64,000 nucleotides of DNA from Isurus oxyrinchus (Eukaryota): positions 77,004,001 to 77,068,000 of the forward strand of contig JANJGN010000009.1 in NCBI GenBank assembly GCA_026770705.1, given 5' to 3'. Of the stretch, positions 1-11,959 are shown in pieces. Numbering within the stretch: position 1 is the stretch's first letter; each line of letters starts with the position of its first letter. Made by a program: the position numbers and the translations under genes. Under the pieces are notes generated by a model. It made no database searches. It was not told where the DNA came from and saw nothing but the letters and a program-made list of their open reading frames with translations.

Positions 1-759
1 TAGTGGCAATTTTCCTTTTCTCCGACAGCAGTTTATATCTAGCGCCAAGTCAAGGGGATCTCCAGACATCCAACAGCAGTATTATCAGTGACCAAGATAA
101 TCAGCCAATCAAAGTTAAACAGTCTCACAGGTAGAAAACCAGTGAATAGAATACACTGAATTTTCACTATTAAAATTTTACAGCAAATGAAATAAATGAT
201 TGGGATATACATATAGGATTAATGTAAAAGCTGAACTATCATAAACTTTAATAAGACAAAATGTGACTTTTTTTATTGTGATGGAGAAATTTGACATTCC
301 ACAAATATAAAATTAATTTTCTAGGACCAGTGAGCCTATTCAGCCATAATGATGATCTTCGTACCAAGTTACCTCATCCATTAAACACTGAGCTCCAATT
401 ATAAAGGGCTATCAAATATTTAATTGAAGACTCATTCCAAACTAGCTATTTATTTCTCTTTTTTAAAAAGAAAAAGTTTACTGCTTCAGCCTCAGTTTCT
501 TTTTTGCTGAGAGTTTGTTCCACATTTTCAATTGTGTATATGCTTGTGGAGCACAAAGAGGAGCAGGAGCCAAGGTTCCAATGGATCCTTTTCTCTCAGT
601 GTAGTTGGGGTAGGCCTAATTGGTCCCTGTGCAGCAACAGAGCCATTGTATGTAGGGCCAACATGTGCAAGTGTACTTGGTGTGGTCTCCTCAATCCATC
701 ATGGCCCAAAAATGCTCTTTCTCAGGTCAACTGAGGATCTGCAGAAAACTAAAACAATA

Positions 760-1836
760 TATAATGAGGCTAAGACCTCACACCATTTATAAATAATACA
801 ATATATTTATTTTAAAACTAGACAATGGCTTTTTTAAATGACTGAAACCATGTCTGGCTGTGACATTCGAACAATAGCAGCAAATCAGGCAGAACTGAAG
901 AAATTTGTGTCTCATTATCTCTGAAGCGATGCTAAGGACCCCTGTGGGCATCAGAAACCAAATTTAAAAGGAATTACACATGGGCCATCTACATTTCATA
1001 AGCCAGGCATGGCCCACATGAGACTACTGGTCTGCTAGGATAAAGAGCTCAGCAACCTTCCTTTCAAATTCTTATGGTTGGAAAATTAACAATCTCAAGA
1101 GCCCAAAGGAATATACACTCTTTGTCAAAGCCAAAGTGCAGAAGTGGGAGCCATGTGGCATGAACCCACCAATCCCCCCACCACCAACCCATCCCTTCCT
1201 CACCCTCACCCCCCACCCCACCCTGCTGGGAGAACCAGTTATACTGTCTTGCTGTACTGCAAAGCAATCTGCCATCTTCCACCTACCAAGCAGCAGCACA
1301 GAAAAGGTGCTCTGTCCAGGTTTGAATCCCTGGCCCAGCTATGCTGTTTCTACTGAAACTTCTGAACTCCTATATAATTGTCTACAAGGTTAATTTGTCT
1401 GTGTGCCTATTTCATTGTGGAAGTCATCTCTACTGAAAAAGTGAATTATCCAGCTGACCTCTATGAAGGAATTCACCACTGGACTTTGATTATAGATTCT
1501 AGACTCATGTGAAACAATAATTCTTTGCTCTATGGTCTTTTCCCTGTAAATCTTTCTTTATCCCTCGTTTATTGTTTGAATGCACAGGGGGATACGTAGC
1601 AACATCTGCTCCCACGTTTTGAGTGTGTGTGAATAAACTAACACTCTTGAGTTCATCCTATCTCGAGCTTGCCATGAGATTATTAATAGAAATTGGATCA
1701 TACCAAACATGAAAGGTTGGGAAATAGGCTACCGCTAAAAGGGGGAAATCAAAATTAAAACGCCTTTCTGTTTACAGACAGGTGGTGAGAGGAGAAATCA
1801 GGGCAGTTTAAATTAAACCGCCTCCTGTCCATAACA
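760..1836 (+). repeat. 5' LTR
   Basis: Starts tataatgaggctaagacctcacac and ends cctgtccataaca. Colinear with 5383-6500. AATAAA at ~1632. Confidence 0.88.
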
Positions 1837-1841
1837 GAAAT

Positions 1842-1861
1842 TGGGAGCTCAAGTCTGGGAT
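1842..1861 (+). promoter_or_regulatory. Primer-binding site, tRNA-Pro type (degenerate)
   Basis: tgggagctcaagtctgggat, 5 nt after the LTR end, resembles the tRNA-Pro PBS TGGGGGCTCGTCCGGGAT. Confidence 0.75.
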
Positions 1862-2003
1862 AACCCAATTGACTTTGACCAGTGTCCAAGTTAAGATATG
1901 AGCCAAATCTGAGAAAAGAGCTAATTGGAAGCTAGGAGGAAAACTTGGTGCCTGGAGGAAATTTTAAAACAACAACAAATTCCTCTGCCCTAACACTAAG
2001 AAA

Positions 2004-3720
2004 ATGACAACCTCTGATGCTCAGATGTGGGTCCAGCAAGGGAATTTGAAAGGTGAAACTTTAGCAGCCCTTAGCACAGAACAGCTGAAAGCTGTAGCTA
2101 GGGAGGTACAGTTAAAGCTGCCCTGTAAAGTGAAGTGAACAGATCCAGTTGTTGGTAGAACATTTGGATCTCACCTTACCAGTACAGCAGTTAGATGCCG
2201 AGCTCAACCATAAATCCGAATCCCCTCCCCTGGCCAATTTCGAGCGGGTAAAGCACAGATTGCAGCTAGAATTTCAGGAGATGGTAAGAGAAAGAGAAAG
2301 GGAAGCTCAGGAAAGAGAAAGAGAAAGGGAGCAAGAAGACAAGGGAACAAAAAGAAGAATTCCAGCTCTGAAAATTGGAAATGGAGCTAGCAGCTCAAAG
2401 AGATAGAGACCAGATAGCTGGAGGCTGCAAGGGAAAATCTCTCTCTACCCAGTAGCACACCCCATCTCTCTATCCTCGGACTACTCTCTGCGGCCCTCAA
2501 ATATGCTAGATTCATTCCCAAATTCAAAGAGAATGATGTGGAATAATTTTTTTCCACTTTTGAGAATAAAAGGACAGCTAAAATGGCCATCAGAGATCTG
2601 GTCATTTTTATTTCAAGAGCATCTGTCAGGGAGAGCCCAAGATATCTTCTCCATGCTGACCCTTGATGTATTCATGATCTATGAGCAGACCAAGGCCATC
2701 CTAAGCGCCTATAAGTTAGTCCTAGAGGCATGTCATCAGCAATTCTGAACATTCATAAGAAGCCTACACAAACCCACATCAAGTGAAACAAATTGCATTC
2801 GATCGATGGATAAGATCACTAAGAATCCCACACACTTATGAGGAGTTGCGTGAGCTACTACTGTTGGAGAAGTTCACAAATTGCCTACACTCCAACCTGC
2901 AGGTACACCTAGAGAAGCAGAGAATCCTCACAGCCAGGGATGCAGCCATCACAGCAGACAGCTATGATCTCACCCATGAGCCTGGAAACTCAGGCAGATC
3001 CTTTCCAAACCATACTCACGATCATTGGAAAGATAAGCAAAGCGACCTACCTAAGAAAGTCCCCCACCCAGAAAAGAAAACACAAAGGAGGGTGTGAGAA
3101 ACCCTCCTGCAGCCTGAAAGGAGAACTCCCAGACACCGGTATGTTCACATTCCAATAAAATAGGCCATTCCAGACCGGAGTGCTAGAAATTGCGAGGGAA
3201 GCCTGTAGGTCTAATAGTTAACCCCAAAAGGCATCCCAATAGGTAGTATAGCAAAGCAGGCAGATACACTCGTTACAGAAACTTATCCCTTGGAGGGCAT
3301 GGCTCTATGTGTGCCTGAGCTGGACAAATTCCCAAAGAACTTCAGGAGTTTTGTTCTTTCCGGAACAGTGTCCCCCTACCCATCCCAAAATGTGAGCAAG
3401 CCTGTTGTATTGCTCTGGGACACAGGGGCCACTCAGTCCTTGATGTTGGAGGGAAACTTAAACCTACCCCACCCCTTACCGTCCGTCCCCCCACCCCACC
3501 CCCAGTCAAGTCCTCCCTGAAGGCCAAAGCACTGAACAGTGGAATGGGCAAAGGATTTGTGTTTGCAAGGCCCACCTAGGGTGGAACCTTGATTCAGGCC
3601 CTGTCACAGGAGGAGCTGTCCCTGAGCTACCAGTAGCAGGAATCGATTTCTTCCTTGGGAACAATTTGGTTGGTAGTAGGGTGTTAGCCAGCAAAAGAAA
3701 AGAGGCCAACGCCAACTAGC
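2004..3720 (+). pseudogene. gag (SCAN-type capsid, CCHC knuckle remnant) and aspartic protease, frameshifted
   Basis: ORF pieces KWPSEIWSFLFQEHLSGRAQ..YEQTKAILSAYKLV, FDRWIRSL..YEELRELLLLEKFTNCL (SCAN-like), C..KIGH..EC near 3140-3185, and VVLLWDTGATQSL (protease DTG). Multiple stops and frameshifts. Confidence 0.85.
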
Positions 3721-4454
3721 AGAAACCTTTAGGCGAGCAGAAAGCTGGCGAAGGCCCAGAGACCCAAAAAGGGTGAACTGCACTCATCTACATTGAGCAA
3801 GGGCTGATCGAATGTAGCAAGGCCGAAACCAGGCCAGTAAGATTAAAAGAGGTCCAGGAAAGGCCACTCAAATCTAAAATAGAGTCACACAGTATCCCAG
3901 AATTAAATAGGGACCAGAGAAGTCCCAGAGCAGGGAAAGAGATAGTGATGGAGATGCCCCACATAGTCAAAGGCTCTGAAGGAAGGCAAGCTTTTAAACC
4001 AGGAAAGGAAAAGGTTTAGGAAATGCCTGAAGCATGGCTAGCAAAAACCTTTTTTCCAACATTAAATAGGAACAAAGGGAGACTCCAAACAGATGAGCAG
4101 ATAAGGAGTGAGATACCTCACCCAGCTAAAAAGCCACAAGGGAGTGTAGCTGGAGCTGCACATCCATTGAGGGCAGAGGTGTTCCAGGGGCCATGGAACA
4201 AGTTAGGAGGCCAGCCCCTCCAAAGCCAAAGGCCCCAGCTAGGAAGCCATTGATTGGTCTGGCCAGTAACTTTATGGCGAATTTACATGGGATCAGGAAA
4301 GTTCCCAAATTGGCCCAGAAAAAATGAAGGTGATGCCTCACTTAGTTGAAAAGTCACCTGGAGGTACAGTAAGAGCTGACCACCCACCAGAGGGCCGTAG
4401 TGCCACAAAAGACGTGGAGTCTACCACCCAACTGACCGGCAGAGGGATACCAAC

Positions 4455-5200
4455 CAGATTGGACCCCATACTCACTCACCTTAATGCAGACTTGCAAGGG
4501 ACCTGACAGGGTTGCCCCCTGCAGTTAAAATGATCCATAACAACCCACCAGGCTATAGCACTGTGGCCCTATCTGATATGGATGCAGCAGAGGTCCCTTC
4601 TAGAAAGCCATCTTCTTATCATCTAGGCCCAGGAAGGCTGGCCCAAGTTCAGGAGCTGATTACCCACTTGTCGCTATGCTTACTCAAAGCACCTTACAGC
4701 AGAAGCTGGAATGCACCAGCTGTGCTAGTGCCCAAGCCTGACACTGAACAGAATCTCCTAAAGAGGCCAAAGTCCCTCTAAAACACCCTAATCTCCTGAC
4801 CCTCAGCCTAACCACAATCCCTGGATTTGAACAACTGAACCCACAGGTTACCAAAGTGGACAGGCAGGAGCTAAGCTGGACAAGAGCAGCTGGGCCCTAT
4901 GCTCAAAAGACCTGGCCCTCACAGAGTAAGGAACTCAGCATTCCCTTGTGATCACCCAGAGCATCTTGACCATCACTCACCCCCCCCAAGTGCTAACCAC
5001 CCTGTAAAACTCCAGACCCTTTGGTTGGACAAGCAAAGTTCTGAAGGCTTTGCAGGTGCCTGATCTCCAACAGAAAAAAATCAGAACTCTAACTCTGAAT
5101 AGACTTCACCAATAGACGAATTTCGAATCTTCCCAAGTCACTTAAACCTTCCATGTCCCAGGGCCGGACAATGTCCTTGCTGATGAACTAACCCAGGTTT
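4455..5200 (+). pseudogene. Degenerate pol remnants (RT N-terminus, RNase H C-terminus)
   Basis: APYSRSWNAPAVLVPKPD matches the Gypsy RT entry motif. HVPGPDNVLADEL at ~5152-5190 matches the RNase H end motif. No YxDD or integrase is recognisable. Confidence 0.7.
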
Positions 5201-5382
5201 AAACCTCAAAATAAAAAGGAAAATGCAGCTGGGAACTGCAATTGCCCCTGCTAGCAGTGTGTCTGATGTTCCAGTCTAAATGAAAGAATGCATGATTATT
5301 TCTTCACTTCCTATTCTTCCTCCATAAGGCCACATTTAAAAAAGTAAAATAGTATTCATTTTTTCTCCAAGGCCACAAGGAC

Positions 5383-6500
5383 TGTAATAGAGCTAAGGGC
5401 TCACACTATATTTTCACTAAATGTATATATATATGTATAAATAAAAAATAGTTTCATATATCCTTATGGGTAATTCCTAAAATTTTAAAGCAGAACAATG
5501 ATCTTTTAAAGTGACTGAAGCCATGACTGGCTGTGACTTTCAAACAATAGGAGCTAATCTGGCAGTGCTGAAGAAATTTATGCCTCGTTATCTCTGAAGA
5601 GATGCTAATGACCCCTGTGGGCTACACAGGCCAAATTTAAAAGGAATTATACAAAGGCCATCCACATTTCATAAGCCATGTCTGGTAAACTGGAGACGAC
5701 TAGCCTGCTAGGACTGAAAGCCCTGCAACCTTCCTTTCAAACTCCTAATGGTTGGAACAACAACAATCTCAGGAACCCAGACAAAAGAATATACATGTTT
5801 TGTCAAAGTTAAAGTGGACAGGTGGGAGTCATATGAAATGACTACCTCCCCCAACCCCCCCTCCACAGCTGGAAGAACCAGTTATATTGTCTTGCTACAC
5901 TGCAAATCAATTTGCCATCTGCCCTTTAACCAAGCAGCACAGAAAAGGTTTTCCATCCAGGTTTGAATCCCTGGCCCCATCTATAATGTTTCTACTGGAA
6001 CTTCTGAACTCCTATACCATCGCCGACAAGGCTAATTCATCTCTGTGTGCCTATCTCATCGTGGAAATTATCTCTACTGGAAAAGTGAATTATCCAGCAT
6101 CAGTTTTCAGCCTGCTGATTTCTGTGAAGGAATACACCACTGCACTTTGATTCTAGATTCTGGACTCACGTGAGATAATAATCCTTTGCTCTACGGTCTT
6201 TGCCCTGTAAACCTTTCTTCCTCTATCCCTTGTTTATTGTATGAATGCACAAGGGGCTACATAGTGACACTCTCTCCTGTGGTTTGAGTGTGTGTGGATA
6301 AATTAACCTTCTAAGTTTACTCTATCTCAAGTTTGCTGCGGGATTATTAATAGAAATTGGATCACACCAATAGCTGAGGGTTGGAAAATATGCCGCTGCT
6401 AAAAAGGTGAAATCAAAACCAAAACACTTTTCTGTTTACAGGCAGGTGGTAAGAGGTGAAATCAGGACTGTTTAAATTAAACTCCCTCCTGCCTGTAACA
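5383..6500 (+). repeat. 3' LTR
   Basis: TG...CA termini (tgtaatagagc...cctgtaaca). Diverged direct copy of 760-1836. Confidence 0.9.
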
Positions 6501-8042
6501 AATGGAAAAAATCTTCAGTTCCTAAGAGATTATGTGATATGATTTTTGAAAGGCAAGATTGGAATTAATTTCCACTGCCTTCACAAAGTCCGAGACCCTT
6601 GTCAGGGCCTCCATGAAACTCACAATGCTTAGCTGGTCCAGGTTCCATTAAGGTTTACTCGGTCAGAATTATAGGCCCAGATATCCATCCAATATGTGAT
6701 GTTATTCATTTTAAACCTGTCCTCAACGTATAAGTCAAAAGTTTACATTACTTCATGTCCCTCAGTACTTTTTCTTGCCACATTTTTCTCATCCCTCTGC
6801 TCCAGAAGTTTGAACTAAGATTTGTAGCTGAAGGGTAGAAGGAGCTTTAACCCTTCCTGACAATGTTGAGACTGTTTGCCAAACTGGAGAAGTATTCCAG
6901 TTCCTTATATGTATCCCTCATGTTGATTAACGCAAAAAAAAATCAATTCAAAGTAAAATGTATCAATTAATAAGATTGCATTTTTTTCCCTGAAAACAAA
7001 GGACATGTAGGCATCCTCTGCCACAATCTTGCTCTACCCCTATGTACCCACACCACCCCCAAGCCCCCCACACACCCCCCAGCTTTTGCAGGAATCCTGG
7101 CAGCTGTCACTCACCAGGCAATGGCCCCATGCTAAGGATGACGAGGCATGCAAATGACAGCTACAGTGAATTTTCAGTGGTGATTGCAGAAGAGCTGATT
7201 CCATGAGGGAAACAGCTGCTTACAGGCGAAGTGTCCTTCAGGAAGAGGACTTGTGTTTCCTTTAAACACACACAAGGAAGGCAATGGGAAAACACCTCAT
7301 ATATTTTTTACCCTAGTCATATTGCTCATTACTCACTGAAATTGAAAATGGGAAGCTTCTCTGAGCAACTGAAGAGGAAAGTACAAGATTACGAGTCATG
7401 AAGAAGCGAACAGAGGAGCTTCCCTTGGGCAGATCACCATTATACATAAGACATGTCCTTTGTTCAAAGGAGAGTATAATCCAGGTGCTTAGATCGAAGA
7501 AATTCAGCAACATTGGCTTAGCAGCTCATTCAAACCAAGGAGACACAATATATTAAATAATAGGTAAGTGTGCAAGCCAAATTCCAACCACACATGCAAA
7601 AATGCACAGGCATTGGTGAACAAAGCAGTGATGGGTTTACGCCATTTACAATTTGTAATCCTGCGGACTCAATTTTAACTTCAGGCCAGTTTAAAATGGC
7701 TATGTCCTATTATGAGTTAGAAACTCACCCACTGTTCTGGAAACGATGCCTGGGATATTTTTATTCCAAGGCTCATGTAAACCCCAACAATTAACCACCC
7801 AACTGATTCAAGCCAAGGTAGCAGGTAATCACCAAGACCTGGTAAGTGATAGGATCAGCTACTGAGACTCCTGTAAAAGCTGGGGGGTTGGGGGGATGGA
7901 GGGAGAGCAAGATCATGGTGGGGAATGCTTACATTCTCCTTGAGGGTCCTGAAGGAGCACTACTGTTCCTTCTAGCCCCACAAGAGAAGAAAGAAAAATC
8001 TTTAATTGTCTACTTACCTATTGTACCTATTGTAAATTAAAT

Positions 8043-8337
8043 CCTAGTCCCGTGTTCTTACAATTCACCTCACATGATTGTAACCCTACCGGTCTGGCAG
8101 AAACTGAGGGAGCGTTCAACTGGAATTGCCCAAGCTCCTTACCACCCTAGATCTGTCAGGTTTGGATCTTCACTTGCTCACCTTAGCAGGAAGCAGGACA
8201 AATCTCAAATTACACTTACCTAGTATTTAGTATATTGCGTCTCCTTGGTTTGAATGAGCTGCTAAGCCAATGTTGCTGAATTTCTTCGATCTAAGCACCC
8301 GGACTGTACTCTCCTTTGAACAAAGGGCATGCCTTAT
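8043..8337 (-). repeat. Bipartite local inverted duplication
   Basis: 8043-8206 is the reverse complement of ~8433-8598. 8213-8337 is the reverse complement of ~7446-7570. Confidence 0.9.
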
Positions 8338-8579
8338 GGGCACCTACTAACATCAAGCCTCTTTGTTGAGGGCTGCCTTGGCAGGATAAAGAGGTCTCTG
8401 CATTGTGTCAAAAACAACCCCATGCGCTTTGGGAGATTTGTCCTGCTTCCTGCTAAGATGAGCAAGTGAAGATCCAAACCTGACAGCTCTAGGGTGGTAA
8501 GGAGCCTGGACAATTCCAGTTGAACACTCCCTCAGTTTCTGCCAGACCAGTAGGGTTAAAATCATGTGAGGTGAATTGT

Positions 8580-8765
8580 AAGAACGAGGGACTAGGAGTA
8601 GTCCATTTAGTCCCTTAAGCTTGTTCCACAATTCAATTAAATTATGGCTGATCTTTTCCTACCTTATATTCTTCAATACCCTTAACTAACTAAATTATCA
8701 ATCTCATTCTTGAAAGTTCAAATTCTACCAGCATTCACAGCCTTTTGGGACAAGTATTCCTGATT
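8580..8765 (-). mobile_element. CR1 LINE 3' tail fragment
   Basis: aagaac..taggagtagtccatttagtccc..ccacaattcaattaaattatggctgatc resembles the tail at 17311-17500. Confidence 0.7.
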
Positions 8766-10524
8766 TCTCCCATTGTACTCTATGTTAATATTATTTTGGA
8801 ATTTTAAGAACTTGATTTCATATATTAACCATTCCACAATGCAACCCCTATCTAGGAATATTCTCACTGGAACTTAAGAGTTCTTGGTGTAGATTTTTGT
8901 GTCGTATGTCAGGAGTTACAAAATGGTAGGAAAAGTTAGGCAAATACCAGAAGTTAGTTAAAGGAGTTCTGTTTTTCTCAAGAAAGACTTGGCAAATTCG
9001 TTTTTGGCTTCCCAAGACACAAAAGCCACCATCTGTCATTTTCATCATAACATCACATTAACATGTCAATGATAGGTTTAACATTGTTTGGCACTCTGCA
9101 ATGTGCTTGTACACAATGTAAGTTATTCAAACTGTGTTTCTCAAAACTATAGCCTCCACTTTAGAAAATTAGATATACCTATTTGGGAAGGCCATGTTTC
9201 TGCTTATAGGAACTGTTTATTTTCTGGTAGCTTTATTAACTCCAAAGATAATCAGGGGGCATATTCCAAGTCGACCCCAACAGTGGTTAGCGCCAAAATC
9301 ATACTCTGCAGATGAAGCATCCTGTCCCAGTGACACTCTCTGTTCATAGATTTGCAAATAAGTGAAAAAGCCATTCACAGCAGCATCAATACATTTTGAG
9401 TAACAGACTCACCCTGAATTCAAACAAACGCATATATGGGTAGGGACAATAGATTTCCAAATCTCATGACATTGGGCATTTTCTAACAATACAAAGGTAA
9501 ATGAATTGTAACTTTTTACAACAAATCTTAAACGGCACAAACTTAGAAAGCTCACAGAAGAAATAATAGACAGCAATTTTTCTGAATAAAAAGATAAGAC
9601 CAGGCCAAAGCTTGAAAACATCACTATGTTGACCAATTCACAGTCTGGGAAGAAATCCTACAGGAGATTAAAGATCAGATGAGCACAACAAATCTTTACC
9701 ACAATTTATTGAATGTCTCACGAACTTCAGCATCTTTATAATTCTCCCTGTGTAGTAGTCAATTAAGTGATTGTGAATTTTTGTTGTTAATTATTATTCC
9801 CGCCCCCCCACCCCCATCCCGGAAAATTATTGTATTGGTTAGGTATTAAATTATGGTTGAATTATCTCGCTTCCTATTGAAAAGGATCAGATTCCCAGTT
9901 GAAAACAATCTGGATGGAATGTGTTTCAGTTTTCCAAATCACCTCTACTCAGTGGAACCACAGAATGGTTATAAGATCAATTGCTGTTATGTTTTTGAGC
10001 TCAAAAGCTCTTACCTTTCTCATTTTCCTATATTGCTGAACCTCCTGGTGGCACTTGATGCTCATTTTAATTCATTAAACCATCGCAGCTTTATAACTTC
10101 AATAAATCTCAGCTGTGTTCAATCAAAAATATTTTACAGCTAACTTTTTAGCTAATCACCCTTTGGCAATTCAACAAACTGGAGTTGAATGGAAAAGCAG
10201 CAAATCCTAAAGCACTGTTTAAGGAAGCAGAAAGCTGGCAATTTTCTCAATTAACACCCGTAAACTGTTGTTTTTTAAAATATAATTTTACTTATATGTG
10301 ATTCTCTCTAGCATTAATTTTGAGTCATTGGCATATAAGCGAGAGAAAGAGAGCATGAAAACACTCCCCAGTACAGGACACCAAGGCTAAGATTTAACAT
10401 AGAAGTATTTATCCTTCTCCAAGGGGAATGCAACAGTTCAACTCAGTTCCAACTCAGGAGGAGCCCCACCTATAGAACTGCTTTTCCAGGCATCACAAGG
10501 GAAGTCCAGGTCTCTACTGCCCTG

Positions 10525-10800
10525 GGCCCCCCTCCCCCCTCCTCCCCCAGCCAATTGCTCCCTCTTTCTCCCTCCCACTTTGCCCCTCTGTCTCACCCTC
10601 TCCCCCTCGCCCCTCTACTTCCCCCTCTCCCCTCCCCTCTCTCCCTCTCCACTCTCCCCCTTTCATCCCCTCCCCATTCCCCCTCCCCTCCAGCCACCAG
10701 ATCCTTGTTACACCCCATTGTTACACCACCTGCACCCCCCCCACCTGCCCCCCCCCCGCCACACACACACACACATACACACACACACACACACACTCCC
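10525..10800. repeat. C/T-rich low-complexity tract followed by (CA)n microsatellite
   Basis: Polypyrimidine run at ~10525-10690, then (CA)n at ~10760-10796. Confidence 0.9.
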
Positions 10801-11089
10801 ACTTAGCTTGTTGCCAATCTGATGCAGGCAAGTGTCCTAGGGTTGCCCAGTTTTAGTTTTTCACCACTGGCCAACAGCTGCTTTCTGCCAAAAATGAGCA
10901 GCTGACCATCGGGATACGAATGAGGCCCAGCAGCTAACGTGCTGAGCTTATGCTTCACACATCCACACTGCATCACCATGTACTTGTGCCAACTTCTTGT
11001 CAAGAGTTAAAATCAGCTCATTTGTCCTCGCTCTCCACCTCAATTAGGATCAAATTCAGCTACTCTGGGTGAAAGCAACACCTTTTTAT

Positions 11090-11298
11090 AAAAGCAAAAT
11101 ACTGCAGATGCTGGAAACCTGAAACAAAAACAGAAAATGCTCAAAAGACTCAGCAGGTCTGGCAGCATCTGTGGAGAGAGAAACACAGAGCTAACGTTTT
11201 GAGTCCAATATGACTTCTTCAGCTGAAGAGTCATATGTATTTGAAACGTTAACACTTGTTTCTCTCTCCACAGATGCTGCCAGACCTGCTGAGTTTCT
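11090..11298. mobile_element. Palindromic Penelope-like 3' terminal remnant (family A)
   Basis: Arms ctcagcaggtctggcagcatctgtggagagagaaac and gtttctctctccacagatgctgccagacctgctgag are inverted around cttcagctgaag. Each arm has a CTGAAGA...(G/A)AAACGTT hammerhead-like core. Confidence 0.8.
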
Positions 11299-11787
11299 TT
11301 TCATCACTGATACAATTTCATTCAGTCAGCATTCATAAGTCACAAAATAAACAGAAAAAAATTCCTTAGCAAAGCAGCAATCACACATTAAATAAGTTGC
11401 TTTACAATTTAATTCCTCCACTGCCCACTGACACCAACCTTCCATTTAACTGACCTGTTTTGTTAACTTATTCCACAAAAAAGCAGATGCTCCTTTTCCT
11501 TCAGTAGTCTACTGCATAAAGACACTGCTCATCTTAGTGTTAAGGCGAGGCAGCGGGCTAAATTCTCAGTCTGAGCTGAGCTGAACTAAGGAAGGGAGGA
11601 GACCCGGAGCCCCAGTTGTCGCCCACGGAGGTACTTCAGGTCCACTGATCAATGGAACAGCGCAGAGAAATTAATGGTTTCAGAAAAAAAAAAGAAACAC
11701 ACAGAAAAGAAATTGGAATTTGAATGAAAATTCCCCAGCTCTTCGATTCCCTCAATATCACAAGAAAACATAACAAAATCCATTCAC

Positions 11788-11857
11788 CTTCATATCCATA
11801 TCCATGTCCAACAGCTGCCCCCACACAGAGTGTGAGCAAAAAAATCAGTCTTCTCAT
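11788..11857 (-). CDS. Probable first coding exon (signal peptide) of an unidentified secreted or membrane protein
   Basis: Context gggagATGA encodes MRRLIFLLTLCVGAAVGHGYGYE(G): basic n-region, hydrophobic h-region, small-residue cleavage site. 70 nt ending at a phase-1 donor G|GTGAAT. Upstream acceptor ttcttaatctcattcatag at ~11914. Lies in non-repeat DNA. Confidence 0.6.
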
Positions 11858-11959
11858 CTCCCGTTGTTGAACTAATGTTTGGTTCAAATGCGTTTGAAAT
11901 TTCGCAAGAATATCTATGAATGAGATTAAGAAAATTATTCAACTGTGTCATAAAGTTGT

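Larger units (their letters stand above)
760..6500 (+). mobile_element. Non-autonomous, decayed Gypsy (Gmr1-like) LTR retrotransposon
   Basis: Paired ~1.1 kb direct LTRs. tRNA-Pro-like PBS follows the 5' LTR. Gag/SCAN, zinc-knuckle and protease remnants plus RT/RNase H scraps. Probable 4-bp TSD aata (756-759) / aatg (6501-6504), one mismatch. Confidence 0.9.

Noticed and set aside
2783-3097. Possible host SCAN zinc-finger gene
   Set aside because: Lies between LTRs within gag-pro and no C2H2 array follows.
7121-7155. atggcccc..aaggatgac..gcaaat resembles part of U6 snRNA
   Set aside because: Short gapped match with no flanking U6 sequence (no ACAGAGA box directly upstream); likely chance.
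7115-7259. Minus-strand segment with a good acceptor (tttaaag) and donor (gtgagt), a possible exon 2
   Set aside because: All three frames contain stops, so it cannot continue the signal-peptide exon.
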